NCBI GenBank assembly: GCA_963790205.1
Contig: CAWBNQ010000001.1
Coordinates: forward strand, 1 to 64,000
DNA from: Nitrospirota bacterium
GTDB taxonomy: Bacteria; Nitrospirota; UBA9217
Reading direction: 5' to 3'
DNA length: 64,000 bases
Shown: piece by piece, positions 31,744 to 41,900 of the stretch
Position numbering within the stretch: the first letter of the stretch is position 1
Layout: each line of letters starts with the position of its first letter
Program-made: the position numbers and the translations under genes
Notes under the pieces: generated by a model
What the model was told of the DNA's origin: nothing
The model's database searches: none
The model's input: only the letters and a program-made list of their open reading frames with translations

Positions 31744-31896
31744 TAAGCTAGGAAACTACACAGGGACACAGATTCAATCTGATGTGCACGGATTGTGAAA
31801 GCTAAAAGCTTTTCATGAATCATCCGACAATAAAAAAAGGGGGCGGCAAACCACAAGGCCATCCCCTCTGCAAAACGGACCGTCTTTCCCAGGCGT

Positions 31897-33132
31897 TTAT
31901 TCCACGCTCACGCAAAATCTCTTCTTGAAATCATCAGCCGGCATCTTGGCAGTGGCCGCGAGTTTCTTGAGCGCCTCGCCTTCCATGTCTTCCTTCTCCA
32001 GCCGAATCATGTACCGCCGCGCCATGAGATAGTCATCGGCATCGGTGTCCACGACACGAATGCGGGTCTTCCCGGTCTTGGGGTCGAGGAGATCGGTAAA
32101 TTTTATCGGCAGGCTCTTGCCGTCCTTGAGCATGATCATGGCACCGGTGCCGCCCGAGACCAGGAACTTTACCGCACTGAAGCCCAGATACCGCGTGTAT
32201 TCCCGGTCGTAGGAGATCGGCGGCTGGCAGCGCAGCTCGTAGCCGATGTCCTTCGCAATGATGGTCGTCTTGAGCCCGAGCGCGTCGAGGTCGGAGACCA
32301 CCCGCTGCTTCAGCATATCGCCGAGCGGGATCTCCGCCAGGCGGATGTTCCCGTGGTCGTCCCGCGGCACGTCCTTGAGAAAGGTGAGTTCCTCGGGATC
32401 GAGCCGCGTGGCGACGCCCTCGGCGATCACCGCCACGCCGTGGTTCCTTCCGTAGGACAAACGCTTGATGATCGCGCCTTCGAGGATCGAGACGACCCTG
32501 TTGAGCGATATCTTTTTCCCCAGTTCCTCGGGGATCAGCGTGAGCGTGGCGCCTGCGCCCATGCCCATGCCGAGCGCCAGGTGTCCGGCCGAACGGCCCA
32601 TGGCGATCACGAAATACCAGCGGCCCGCGGTGCGCGCGTCCTCCATGATGTTCTCGACGAGCTGGGTTCCGAGCTGGCGCGCCGTTTCGAACCCGAACGT
32701 CGGAACGCCATGCGGGAGCGGCAGGTCATTGTCGATGGTCTTCGGCACATGACAGACGGCGATCTTCCCGCCCGCTTCCTGCTCCACGCGGGTCGCGGTG
32801 TAGGCCGTATCGTCGCCGCCGATGGTTACGAGATACTTGATGCCGAGCTGGTTCAGGGCCTTCACGACGTTGGCCATCTTTTCCGGACTCTTGGTCGGGT
32901 TATCGCGCGAGGTGCCAATGATGGAGCCGCCGCGAAGGTGAATGCGCGAAATTTCGCCGTTATGGAGCTTCATCGTGTGAGCCGTGTCTCCTCTGGACAG
33001 CCATTTGAACCCGTCGTAGATGCCGACCACCTCGAGGCCCTGCTTTATCGCCTCGAACGTCACCGCACTGATCACGCCGTTAATTCCCGGGGCCGGCCCC
33101 CCGCCGACAACGATCGCAAGCTTATCCGTCAT
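31897..33132 (-). CDS. pfp: 6-phosphofructokinase, probably PPi-dependent
   Basis: GGGPAPGIN, GGDDT (Asp typical of PPi-PFK), PKTIDND, MGR..G, GYELR. Confidence 0.9.
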   Translation of the reverse strand: MTDKLAIVVGGGPAPGINGVISAVTFEAIKQGLEVVGIYDGFKWLSRGDTAHTMKLHNGEISRIHLRGGSIIGTSRDNPTKSPEKMANVVKALNQLGIKYLVTIGGDDTAYTATRVEQEAGGKIAVCHVPKTIDNDLPLPHGVPTFGFETARQLGTQLVENIMEDARTAGRWYFVIAMGRSAGHLALGMGMGAGATLTLIPEELGKKISLNRVVSILEGAIIKRLSYGRNHGVAVIAEGVATRLDPEELTFLKDVPRDDHGNIRLAEIPLGDMLKQRVVSDLDALGLKTTIIAKDIGYELRCQPPISYDREYTRYLGFSAVKFLVSGGTGAMIMLKDGKSLPIKFTDLLDPKTGKTRIRVVDTDADDYLMARRYMIRLEKEDMEGEALKKLAATAKMPADDFKKRFCVSVE

Positions 33133-33321
33133 TTCAGCCTCCAGATTGCTCCAAACGCTCGCCCAGAACAATCACGTTAATTTACGATACCGCGCAAATG
33201 TAGCAAAACGAGCTTTAATTGTCAACCCCGAAACCGGGCCACCCCGAAACCGTCACGCGTTTCCTCAATGCAGAAGTGTTCGAAAGCAAGGACTCATCGG
33301 ATAAGACCTGATTAAATGAGG

Positions 33322-33350
33322 TTGACACCTCTTCGGCTACGCGCTATAGT
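33322..33350 (+). promoter_or_regulatory. sigma70 promoter
   Basis: TTGACA-N17-TATAGT. Confidence 0.75.
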
Positions 33351-33394
33351 TTCTTTTAAGCCGCATTCATTTCATTGTTTAGGGAGGAGAGAGC

Positions 33395-33874
33395 ATGAGT
33401 AAATATTCGATCGACGAAATCATGGAAATGGCAATCCAGACGGAAAAGCTCGGTTACCAGTTTTATACCGGCATGGCCGATAAATTCAAGAAAGACGCGG
33501 GGCTCGTCAACCTCTTCACGACACTTGCCTCAAAAGAGAAGACGCACGAGAGAACCTTCACCAACCTCAAGGACACGGTCGCAAGGAACGGCACCGAGCC
33601 GGTGCAGTGGGAAGAGGTCACCAATTATATGAGGGCCTTTGTCGAGTCGGAGTTCTTTCTCGGCCGGGGCAAGTCCCTTCCGACCATGACTCATCTTAAG
33701 ACGGTCCAGGACGCGGTAAAATTCGCGCTCGGCTTTGAAAAAGAGACCTTGCTCTACTTCATGGAGCTCCGCTCGATTGTAAAGGAAAAAGCGGTCGTGG
33801 ACGGGGTGATTGACGAAGAGAAGAGCCATATCGTGTGGCTCGATAAGTTCAGGAAAGAAATGGCGAAGAAATAA
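33395..33874 (+). CDS. Rubrerythrin-like ferritin-fold protein
   Basis: MAIQTE..G..FY, E..H, FEKETLLYF, EE.SH. Confidence 0.88.
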   Translation: MSKYSIDEIMEMAIQTEKLGYQFYTGMADKFKKDAGLVNLFTTLASKEKTHERTFTNLKDTVARNGTEPVQWEEVTNYMRAFVESEFFLGRGKSLPTMTHLKTVQDAVKFALGFEKETLLYFMELRSIVKEKAVVDGVIDEEKSHIVWLDKFRKEMAKK

Positions 33875-33994
33875 AAACAAAGCTTACGATCCGCGGAGGC
33901 ACGGGTAGGTTCGCAATAACTGCAAGGGACAACGGACGATTTTATTTTAAGGCTTCTGCATCTCGCGTCCCTCCTTACCTCTTCCCCCGTTCTT

Positions 33995-34726
33995 TCATCT
34001 CCTCGGTGCCTCTGAGGTGGTATTGCCCGACTTGTCTTCCCTCAGCAGCTCCCTCACGGTCACCAGCTTAAATCCCTTCTTCCGCAGGCCCTCGATGACT
34101 AGCGGCAGGGCCTCCGCGGTGTGCACCCCGTTCTTGTTCATATGAAACACAATGATGCTCCCGCCTTTTGCGTCCCTCACCGCGACGCGGGCGATCCTCT
34201 GGGGTGAGAGGTTGGGGTCGGGATCGCCGGACGCGATATCGTACTCTACGGTCACAAGCCCCGCTGATCGGGCGAGCTTGGCGACGCGCTCGTCCGCCTC
34301 CCCGTATGGCGGCCGGAAGTACCGCGGCGTTTTGCCGGTCACCTTCTTTATCAGCGCCTGCGTCCTTTGAAACTCGCGCCTATCCCGGTCATCCGACTTC
34401 TCCATCATGTGGGGGTGATAATAGCTGTGCGCTGCGATCTCGAACTGGGGATAACTTGCCAGGAGCTTCGCCTTCTCGGGGTTCTTCTCCACCCATCTGC
34501 CGCTCATGAAGAGCGTGGCGGGGACCTTTTCGCGGAGAAGGATATCGACCACCTTGCCGTCATACTCATCAGGCTTACTCGTGGGACAAGCATCGAAGGT
34601 AATGGCGATCTTTCTACTGTCTCTCGGGCCGTGTTCGACGATAAGAGGAGTCGGGGTTTCAGCCGATACGGAGGAACCCAAACCGGAGGCCAAAAGAACT
34701 AGCAATAATACCCGCCGCAAAAACAT
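33995..34726 (-). CDS. Secreted polysaccharide deacetylase (NodB/CE4)
   Basis: Signal peptide; ITFDAC, ATLF, HSYYH, YFRPPYG, IIVFH. Confidence 0.9.
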   Translation of the reverse strand: MFLRRVLLLVLLASGLGSSVSAETPTPLIVEHGPRDSRKIAITFDACPTSKPDEYDGKVVDILLREKVPATLFMSGRWVEKNPEKAKLLASYPQFEIAAHSYYHPHMMEKSDDRDRREFQRTQALIKKVTGKTPRYFRPPYGEADERVAKLARSAGLVTVEYDIASGDPDPNLSPQRIARVAVRDAKGGSIIVFHMNKNGVHTAEALPLVIEGLRKKGFKLVTVRELLREDKSGNTTSEAPRR

Positions 34727-34981
34727 GGAAAATTATAACATGGGCTCAGAGAAAATCCAATACTTTTATCCTCTTCGGTCTTGACCCATTGTCAACATGC
34801 CTTTTTAATAAGCAGCGTGCCCGCCTGTTACAAGACCTGAAAGTGAGGTCCGTTAACGTTCCACAGTCAAATAACGCATATATTTCAAAGTTTACATCAT
34901 ATGCAACGAATATTTTACGTTGACAGGCATAGGCGTGCGATTTAGAGTGCACGGTACCAAAAACCCAGCGCGGAGGCTCCC

Positions 34982-35461
34982 ATGGTCAGTCCGAAGGACA
35001 TATCGAATATCTCTCTCTTTGAAAGGCTGACTGACGCAGAGCGCATGATTATTGCGAACGTCATGACCGGCGACATCTTTCCGGAAGGCCATGTCGTCTA
35101 CCGCGAGAACGAAGAGGGCTCCGCGTGCATCTATATCATCAAGCGGGGCAAGGTGGACGTCCTCAAGCTGAGCACCGACGGCGACCCCCTCGTCCTTGCT
35201 GTATTAAGAGAAGGATTTTTTTTCGGAGAGTTCTCGTTCTTCGATCACAAAGTTCATTCCGCCACGACCGTCGTTTCATCTTCCGACACCGTCGTCCTAT
35301 CGCTGCAGAGACGGGACTTTGACCTCGTCGTGGAGTCGTATCCCAGAATCGGATACAAGGTCCTCATCAACATCGTCCATGAAATCAGCGCCGTCATCCG
35401 GAGAATGAACGCGAGCTACATCGACATGGCCGGCTACATGTTCGGCAAGTCGGCGAGGTGA
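34982..35461 (+). CDS. Stand-alone cyclic-nucleotide-binding domain protein
   Basis: YIIKRGKVDV...G.FFGEFSFFD...SAT; no HTH; SD GGAGG. Confidence 0.85.
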   Translation: MVSPKDISNISLFERLTDAERMIIANVMTGDIFPEGHVVYRENEEGSACIYIIKRGKVDVLKLSTDGDPLVLAVLREGFFFGEFSFFDHKVHSATTVVSSSDTVVLSLQRRDFDLVVESYPRIGYKVLINIVHEISAVIRRMNASYIDMAGYMFGKSAR

Positions 35462-35928
35462 CCATGCTCAGTGACAATGCCAGGGAAAGAATCCGTCTTG
35501 CCGCTCTCCGTTATCCGAGTCCCCGGGGCGCTTTACTGCCGGCATTGCAGATTGCCCAGGGGGAGCTGGGACATCTGACCGAAGAGGCCATGAAGTGCAT
35601 TGCGGCCGAATTGAATGTTCCGGAGCCGGATGTATACGGGACAGCCACGTTTTACTCGCTGATCAGGCGAGCGCCTACCGGCAGGCATGTGATCTCCATT
35701 TGCCACAATTTGACCTGCACACTCCTCGGGGTTGAGCCGCTCATCGAGCACCTCAGGAGCAAACTCGGCGTGAACGAAGGTGAGGTCACGCCGGACGGCA
35801 GGTTCTCATACGAGCGGATCGAGTGTATCGGCAGGTGCGACGGCGCGCCGGCGCTGCTCGTTGATAACGAGTATCACGGCGAACTGACACCCGATAAAAT
35901 TGACACGCTGCTGGAAAAGTATTCGTGA
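35458..35928 (+). CDS. nuoE: NuoE-like [2Fe-2S] subunit
   Basis: ATFYS, CHNLTC, ECIGRC..AP. Confidence 0.9.
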   Translation: MTMLSDNARERIRLAALRYPSPRGALLPALQIAQGELGHLTEEAMKCIAAELNVPEPDVYGTATFYSLIRRAPTGRHVISICHNLTCTLLGVEPLIEHLRSKLGVNEGEVTPDGRFSYERIECIGRCDGAPALLVDNEYHGELTPDKIDTLLEKYS

Positions 35929-35992
35929 AAGGATTGCTGAACGGCGTTCATTTTTTTTCGCTGCTTTGTGCAGCTGAAAAATATCAATCTTC

Positions 35993-37303
35993 ATGGACAA
36001 GATGCTCTTAAAAAGGACCGGCATTCCCCGGTCCGCCGACATCGAGGTGGCCATGGCTCACGGCGCCTATACCGCGGTGGCTGCGGCATACGGAATGCGG
36101 CCTGTGGATGTCATCGATGAAATCAAACGCTCCGGCCTCCGCGGCCGTGGAGGGGCCGGTTTCCCCACGGGCGTCAAGTGGGGGTTCGCGGCTATGGACC
36201 CGAAGATGCCCAAATATCTTATCTGCAACGCGGATGAAGGCGAGCCCGGGACTTTCAAGGACCGCTTCATCCTCGAAGGCGATCCGCATCTCCTGATCGA
36301 AGGCATGATCATCGCGGGCTATGCCATAGGAGCGGAGCAAGGATATATTTACCTCCGCGGTGAATATCCGGGTGCCGCCGAGGTCCTCGATCATGCCATT
36401 GTTCAGGCCTATGCCAAAGGGTTCCTCGGAAACAATATTCTCGGAAAAGGCATGAGGTTCGACCTCTCTCTGCACCGGGGAGCCGGCGCGTATATCTGCG
36501 GCGAGGAAACGTCCCTTATTGAGTCCCTTGAGGGCAGGCGCGGGCAGCCGCGAGTTCGCCCGCCCTTTCCCGCGAACGCAGGCGCCTGGGGCAAACCCAC
36601 GGTGGTGAACAATGTAGAGACGCTTGCCAATGTTCCCCACGTTCTCCTGCTCGGCTCCACGGCCTATGCCAAGATCGGCGCGGAGCCTTCTCCGGGCACG
36701 AAGATCTTTTGCGTCAGCGGCGCGGTCAACCGTCCGGGCGGCTACGAACTCCCCCTCGGAACGACGCTCAGGGAAATAATCTACACCCATGCGGGGGGTA
36801 TCAGGGACGGGAGACGGATCAAGGCGGTCATCCCCGGCGGGGCGTCAACGCCCATGCTCTCCGCTGAACAGGTGGACGTCAAGATGGATTTCAACTCTCT
36901 CCTCGCGGCAGGGTCAATGCTCGGCTCGGGAGCGGTGATCGTGATGGACGATCAGACGTGCATGGTCCATGCTGCTGCGGTTCTCGTCCGCTTTTTTGCT
37001 CACGAATCCTGCGGCAAGTGCACGCCCTGTCGCGAAGGCACGGGCTGGCTCCTCCAGGTATACACCCGGATGCTGGACGGCGGCGGGAGATCGGGGGACA
37101 TCGAGCTCCTGCAGAACATTTGCGGCAAAATGAAGGGAAAGTGCTTCTGTCCCCTCGGAGAAGGCGCGATAAATCCCGTTCTCTCGAGCATTCAGCGCTT
37201 CCGGGAAGATTATGAGCAGTGCGTCCAGGGCCGGACGTGCGCTCAGCAAAAATGCCGGATCACGGCAGTGGAAAACGAGCATGCGGTACAAATAGGTTTA
37301 TAG
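35993..37303 (+). CDS. nuoF: NuoF-like FMN/NADH-binding subunit
   Basis: SGLRGRGGAGFPTG.KW, NADEGEPGTFKDR, GAGAYICGEET, ESCGKCTPCREG...C. Confidence 0.95.
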   Translation: MDKMLLKRTGIPRSADIEVAMAHGAYTAVAAAYGMRPVDVIDEIKRSGLRGRGGAGFPTGVKWGFAAMDPKMPKYLICNADEGEPGTFKDRFILEGDPHLLIEGMIIAGYAIGAEQGYIYLRGEYPGAAEVLDHAIVQAYAKGFLGNNILGKGMRFDLSLHRGAGAYICGEETSLIESLEGRRGQPRVRPPFPANAGAWGKPTVVNNVETLANVPHVLLLGSTAYAKIGAEPSPGTKIFCVSGAVNRPGGYELPLGTTLREIIYTHAGGIRDGRRIKAVIPGGASTPMLSAEQVDVKMDFNSLLAAGSMLGSGAVIVMDDQTCMVHAAAVLVRFFAHESCGKCTPCREGTGWLLQVYTRMLDGGGRSGDIELLQNICGKMKGKCFCPLGEGAINPVLSSIQRFREDYEQCVQGRTCAQQKCRITAVENEHAVQIGL

Positions 37304-37357
37304 TTTGTAGCATCGTGTGCAACGTGAACCGGGAGCTAGAAGCTAAAAGCCGATATC

Positions 37358-39541
37358 ATGATGGAACTTGCTCTTACCATTGACGGTAAAACCGTAAAAA
37401 TAAACCCTGGCGCCACGATCCTCGATGCAGCGAGAATCGCTGGCGCGGCCATCCCGACGCTGTGCCATGACGACCGCCTTCACCCGTACGGTGCGTGCAG
37501 GATATGCATGGTCGAGGTGGAAGGGCCGCCCCGCCGGATGCTCCCCGCGTGCACGACGCCTGCGGCCGAAGGCATGGCCGTCCTGACGAATACGCCCGCC
37601 CTGATCGAGGCGCGAAAGGCGATCCTGGAGCTGCTTCTTATCAATCATCCCCTCGACTGCCCAGCGTGCGACAAAGCCGGAGAGTGCCGGCTCCAGGACC
37701 TCGTGCACGAGTACGGGCTCGCCCCGGGAACCTTTGTGGAAGCGAAGAGGACCTCGCCGACGGATTACGCATCGCCCGTCATCGAGCGGAACCAGGACCG
37801 CTGCATCCTGTGCGGAAAATGCGTAAGGGTTTGCGCGGAGGGGTGCGGAGTGGGGGCATTGACCTTTAGCATGCGAGGCGGGAAATCCCGCATCGGCACC
37901 GCTTTCGACAAGCCCCTGGACTGCGAGTTCTGCGGCGAGTGCCTCGAGATCTGTCCCGTCGGCGCGCTGACGGCGAAGCAGTCCAAACACAAAGCGAGAC
38001 CGTGGAACGTGGAATCGACAACCTCCGCCTGCCCCTACTGCGGGTGTGGATGTCCGATCACGATCGAATGGCGCGGAAGCGAAATCGTGCGGGTGCGCGC
38101 CGCCGGCAACCATTACCTGTGCGCCAAAGGCCGCTTCGGCTGGGATGCCGTCCGTCACGAAGCGCGCCTCACCTCGCCTAAAATTCGCGTTGGCGGAAAC
38201 CTCGTGGACTGCTCCTGGGATGAAGCGCTCTCCGTCGTGGCGACCAATCTCAAGGTCATTAGAAATCGTTACGGGGCCGATCATATCGGCGGCCTGGGCT
38301 CGGTCAGGACCACGAACGAGGACCACTACCTCTTCCAGAAATTCATGCGGACAGCCGTCGGCACGAACAACGTGGACGTCTTGACACGCATCCGGTATCC
38401 TTATGGACTGAACACCGTCTACTTCGCGGGTGAACTTTCCCGGATGGGCGAGCATGATGTCATGCTCCTCCTCGATAAGGACGCCGGCGAGATCAACCCC
38501 CTGACCGGGATCGAGGTCGTGCGGGCGGTGAACCGGTGCGGCAGCAGGCTCATTCTCGCGGGCAGCAGACAGAGCAAGTTCAGCAGGATCGCGTCGGTTG
38601 CCATCCCCCAGGAGGGGGAAGCTGCGCTCACCAGCCTGATCACGGGCCTCTTGAGCAGCAGGAAGATCGTGAGCACCAGGATCAAAAAGGCGGTGGAGCT
38701 GCTCGTATCGGCGCGAAGCACGGCCATTGTCCTCCCGGCGCATCTTTCCGCCGACACCTTTGGGCTGATTCAGGAACTTGCCGTCCTTTTGAAGCAGGTT
38801 ACGTACTATCCCCTCGTCATGCGGGGCAATATTCAGGGTGCGATGGACATGGGGGTGCTGCCGGATTACTTGCCCGGATACCAGGCGGTGAACCCGCTCA
38901 TCGCGTCCTCCTTCGGGGAAAGATGGAACGCGAAACTTCCGGAGGCGCGCGGCATGAATGCGCCGGAGATGATGGACGAAATCGAGAACGGCGGGATCGC
39001 CGCGCTGTACATCATGGGAGACGACCCGGTGGGAAGCGACCCCGCGCTTGCCGCGGCCTTTTGGCGGCTGGAATTTCTCGTCGTGCAGGACATCTTCTTG
39101 ACGGGCACCGCGAAGCTCGCAAACGTGGTGCTGCCCGCCGCGAGTTTCATGGAAAGATCGGGAACGATCACGACCATCGAGCGAAAACTCCGCCAAATCC
39201 GCCCGGTCCTGGGCCCCGTTGCCGAATCGAGGCCGGACTGGGAAATCATCCAGGCGCTGGCGCAGCGGATGGGGGCCCGCATGGATTTTGCCTCCGCCGC
39301 GGATATCGTGAAAGAAATCCGGTCAATCGTGCCGATGTATAAAAATCTTGTCCCCGATGCCTGCTGGCCGCGCGAGCAGTCGCCTTTGAACGGCGCCCTC
39401 GTTGACCTTTCCCTTTCGTCCGCCGCTCACCCGCCCCGCGACACGAACACCGCGGGACGGCCGCTCTTCTCCTCCGGCATGATGACGACCCGTTCGAAAG
39501 AACTGGAAAGCATCATACGCATGAAAATCACCGCACGCTGA
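37358..39541 (+). CDS. nuoG: NuoG-like / molybdopterin-oxidoreductase-fold Fe-S subunit
   Basis: IPTLC...GACRIC, HPLDCPACD..GEC.LQ, CILCGKC, CEFCGEC..ICP, CPYCGCGC...C.KGRF. Confidence 0.8.
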   Translation: MMELALTIDGKTVKINPGATILDAARIAGAAIPTLCHDDRLHPYGACRICMVEVEGPPRRMLPACTTPAAEGMAVLTNTPALIEARKAILELLLINHPLDCPACDKAGECRLQDLVHEYGLAPGTFVEAKRTSPTDYASPVIERNQDRCILCGKCVRVCAEGCGVGALTFSMRGGKSRIGTAFDKPLDCEFCGECLEICPVGALTAKQSKHKARPWNVESTTSACPYCGCGCPITIEWRGSEIVRVRAAGNHYLCAKGRFGWDAVRHEARLTSPKIRVGGNLVDCSWDEALSVVATNLKVIRNRYGADHIGGLGSVRTTNEDHYLFQKFMRTAVGTNNVDVLTRIRYPYGLNTVYFAGELSRMGEHDVMLLLDKDAGEINPLTGIEVVRAVNRCGSRLILAGSRQSKFSRIASVAIPQEGEAALTSLITGLLSSRKIVSTRIKKAVELLVSARSTAIVLPAHLSADTFGLIQELAVLLKQVTYYPLVMRGNIQGAMDMGVLPDYLPGYQAVNPLIASSFGERWNAKLPEARGMNAPEMMDEIENGGIAALYIMGDDPVGSDPALAAAFWRLEFLVVQDIFLTGTAKLANVVLPAASFMERSGTITTIERKLRQIRPVLGPVAESRPDWEIIQALAQRMGARMDFASAADIVKEIRSIVPMYKNLVPDACWPREQSPLNGALVDLSLSSAAHPPRDTNTAGRPLFSSGMMTTRSKELESIIRMKITAR

Positions 39542-39610
39542 AATCCTGCGATACCCTCGGCGATGCTCCATCCTTCCTTCCCGTTCCCTGATCAAATAAG
39601 GCGGGGTAGA

Positions 39611-40618
39611 CTACAGGGGAAAATGACATGCGACATGATGACCGCCGATGTCCGTGAGCTGCGGTTCGGCGGCGGGGTCAATGCATATCGTCGGCTTGCC
39701 CTTGGACTCATAAACCGGGCAGCGCGGGGCAAAGCGGCATCCCGAGACCGGTCGCTCGAAATCGAAGACACCCCATCGGCCGGCCTGAACGTTCACTGAA
39801 GAATACGATGATTCCTTGCTCAGCTTTTCCACGAGCGAGGCCCAGAGGATGTGCGTATAGGGATGGCTCGCCTTGTTCGCGATGCGGCCCGCGAGCCCCA
39901 TCTCCACGATCTTACCCAGATACATCACGGCAACTTTGTGGCTGATGAGCTCAACCACCCTGAGATCATGCGAGATAAAGAGGTAGGAAAGGCCGAGCTG
40001 CTTCTGCAGATCGCGGAGAAGGTTTACGACCTGGGCCTGGATGGACACATCGAGCGCGCTCGTGGGCTCGTCGGCCACGATGAACCGTGCGCCGACGGAG
40101 AGGACGCGCGCGATGCCGACCCTCCGTTTTTCCCCGCCCGACAGCTCGTGGGGGAAATTGGAGAGTTTGCTCTTCTTGAGATTCACCTGTTCGAGAAGTT
40201 CTCCGATCTTCCGGTCGACCTCGGCATCACTCATCCGGTGATGCACGGTGATCGCTTCGCGCAGGATATCGCGGATGCGCATCTTGGGGTTGAGCGCCGC
40301 GTCCAGGTCCTGGAAGATCATCTGCATCTGTCCCCGGAGCTGCCGGAGCTCGCCCAGCGGCATGGCAAGAATGTCTTTGCCGTCAAAAATGATCTTCCCT
40401 GACGTGGCCGGCGTGAGCCGGAGGATCGTCCTGCCGATCGTGGTCTTGCCGCAGCCCGACTCGCCCACGAGGCCCACCGTCTCGTTCTCCTTGAGATAAA
40501 AGCTCACTCCGTCCACGGCGGGAATGGCCTGTTCCTTTTCCTTGAAGGCGGAGAAGAGCCCTTGACGGTGGGCAAAGTGTTTTTTGAGGTCTTTGACTTC
40601 CAGTATGGTCTTCGGCAT
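39611..40618 (-). CDS. Oligopeptide-type ABC transporter ATPase (OppF/DppF-like)
   Basis: GESGCGKT, LSGGEKRR, DEPTSALD, HPYT, GCRF..RC, VACH. Confidence 0.93.
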   Translation of the reverse strand: MPKTILEVKDLKKHFAHRQGLFSAFKEKEQAIPAVDGVSFYLKENETVGLVGESGCGKTTIGRTILRLTPATSGKIIFDGKDILAMPLGELRQLRGQMQMIFQDLDAALNPKMRIRDILREAITVHHRMSDAEVDRKIGELLEQVNLKKSKLSNFPHELSGGEKRRVGIARVLSVGARFIVADEPTSALDVSIQAQVVNLLRDLQKQLGLSYLFISHDLRVVELISHKVAVMYLGKIVEMGLAGRIANKASHPYTHILWASLVEKLSKESSYSSVNVQAGRWGVFDFERPVSGCRFAPRCPVYESKGKPTICIDPAAEPQLTDIGGHHVACHFPL

Positions 40619-40787
40619 AGCATAACAACCTTTTCACCGCAGAGAACGCGGAGAACGCTGAAAAAGCAAGGTGTTCAAACGAGACAATCCGATATATCGA
40701 TACTCTCTATTTCAAACCCTGCCAACCTCTTTTTTCCTCCTGAATCCTCTCAGTCCCCTGAGACCTCTGTGGTAAACTAACCCTCAG

Positions 40788-41900
40788 TTAATCGAAATAC
40801 TGCCAGCACCGAGCCCTATGTCCTGGGGCGATCTCCCGCAAGTCGGGCTCCTTGAACCCGCACTTCTGCCTGATCGCATCCGTCACCCGGCTGCACCGGC
40901 CGTAGAACCGGCAGCCGGCCGGTATGTTGATAGTGTCGAGCACGTCTCCCTCGATCGCCTGGAGATAGCCTTTTCCCCTGATATTCTGTGCGCTCGGAAT
41001 GGACAAAAGCAGCGCCGCGGTATAGGGGTGTTTGAACTCGAACGCGGACGCCAGAAGGTCCTTTGCCGGCCCGTACTCCACGACCGTTCCGCCGTACAGC
41101 ACGGCAACGCTGTCCGAGAGCCGCGAGATGATACTGATGTCATGGCTGATGAGCATGGTCGTGATGCCGAGCTCGGACTTGAGCTCCGCGAGCAGGTCCA
41201 CGATCTTCGACTGGATCGTGGCGTCGAGCCCGGTGGTGGGCTCATCCGCGATCAAAAGCGACGGTTCGCTGGCGAGCGCCATGGCGATCATAGCCCGCTG
41301 GCACATGCCGCCGGAGAGCCCGTAGGGGTAGTTATCGAACCTGAGCCGGGGGGAGTCTATCCTCACTCGATCGAGCCAGTAGATCGCGCGTTCTTTTGCC
41401 TCTTGGTCGCTTTTCATTGAGGTATGAAGCTGGATCGCCTCGGCGATCTGGTTCCCGACGGTGGTGAAAGGATTAAGCGAGGATTTGGGGTTCTGGAAGA
41501 TCATGGCGATCTCCTTGCCGCGCACCCCGCTCATCACCCGCTCGGAGTTCCGGGCCCACCCGATCACGTTCTTCTTCACCGACATGACCTTCCCATCTTT
41601 TTTAGCGACCGTGACATAATCGTCCAGGTCCTGAAGGAGGTTCTTCTGGATCCGCTCGGTCTTAAACCCGATCTTGCCGCTGATCACGCCCGGCCCGTCA
41701 GTAATGAGCCCCATGACGGAAAGCGCGGTGATGCTCTTACCGCTGCCGCTCTCGCCCACGACGCCGAGCGTCTCGCCGTGTTCAATCTCGAGGCTCACGT
41801 CGTCCACGGAGCGGATGAACGCCTGCTTGCTCCGCGAGTAGAAGTAGGTGCGAAGGTCCTCTATTTTAAGGAGCGGCGCAGTCGTCATGTGCCCGGTCAT
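40788..41900 (-). CDS. Oligopeptide-type ABC transporter ATPase (OppD/DppD-like) with an internal insertion
   Basis: GESGSGKS, LSGGMCQR, DEPTTGLD, HPYT; an extra segment of about 35 aa after Walker A. Confidence 0.93.
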   Translation of the reverse strand: MTGHMTTAPLLKIEDLRTYFYSRSKQAFIRSVDDVSLEIEHGETLGVVGESGSGKSITALSVMGLITDGPGVISGKIGFKTERIQKNLLQDLDDYVTVAKKDGKVMSVKKNVIGWARNSERVMSGVRGKEIAMIFQNPKSSLNPFTTVGNQIAEAIQLHTSMKSDQEAKERAIYWLDRVRIDSPRLRFDNYPYGLSGGMCQRAMIAMALASEPSLLIADEPTTGLDATIQSKIVDLLAELKSELGITTMLISHDISIISRLSDSVAVLYGGTVVEYGPAKDLLASAFEFKHPYTAALLLSIPSAQNIRGKGYLQAIEGDVLDTINIPAGCRFYGRCSRVTDAIRQKCGFKEPDLREIAPGHRARCWQYFD

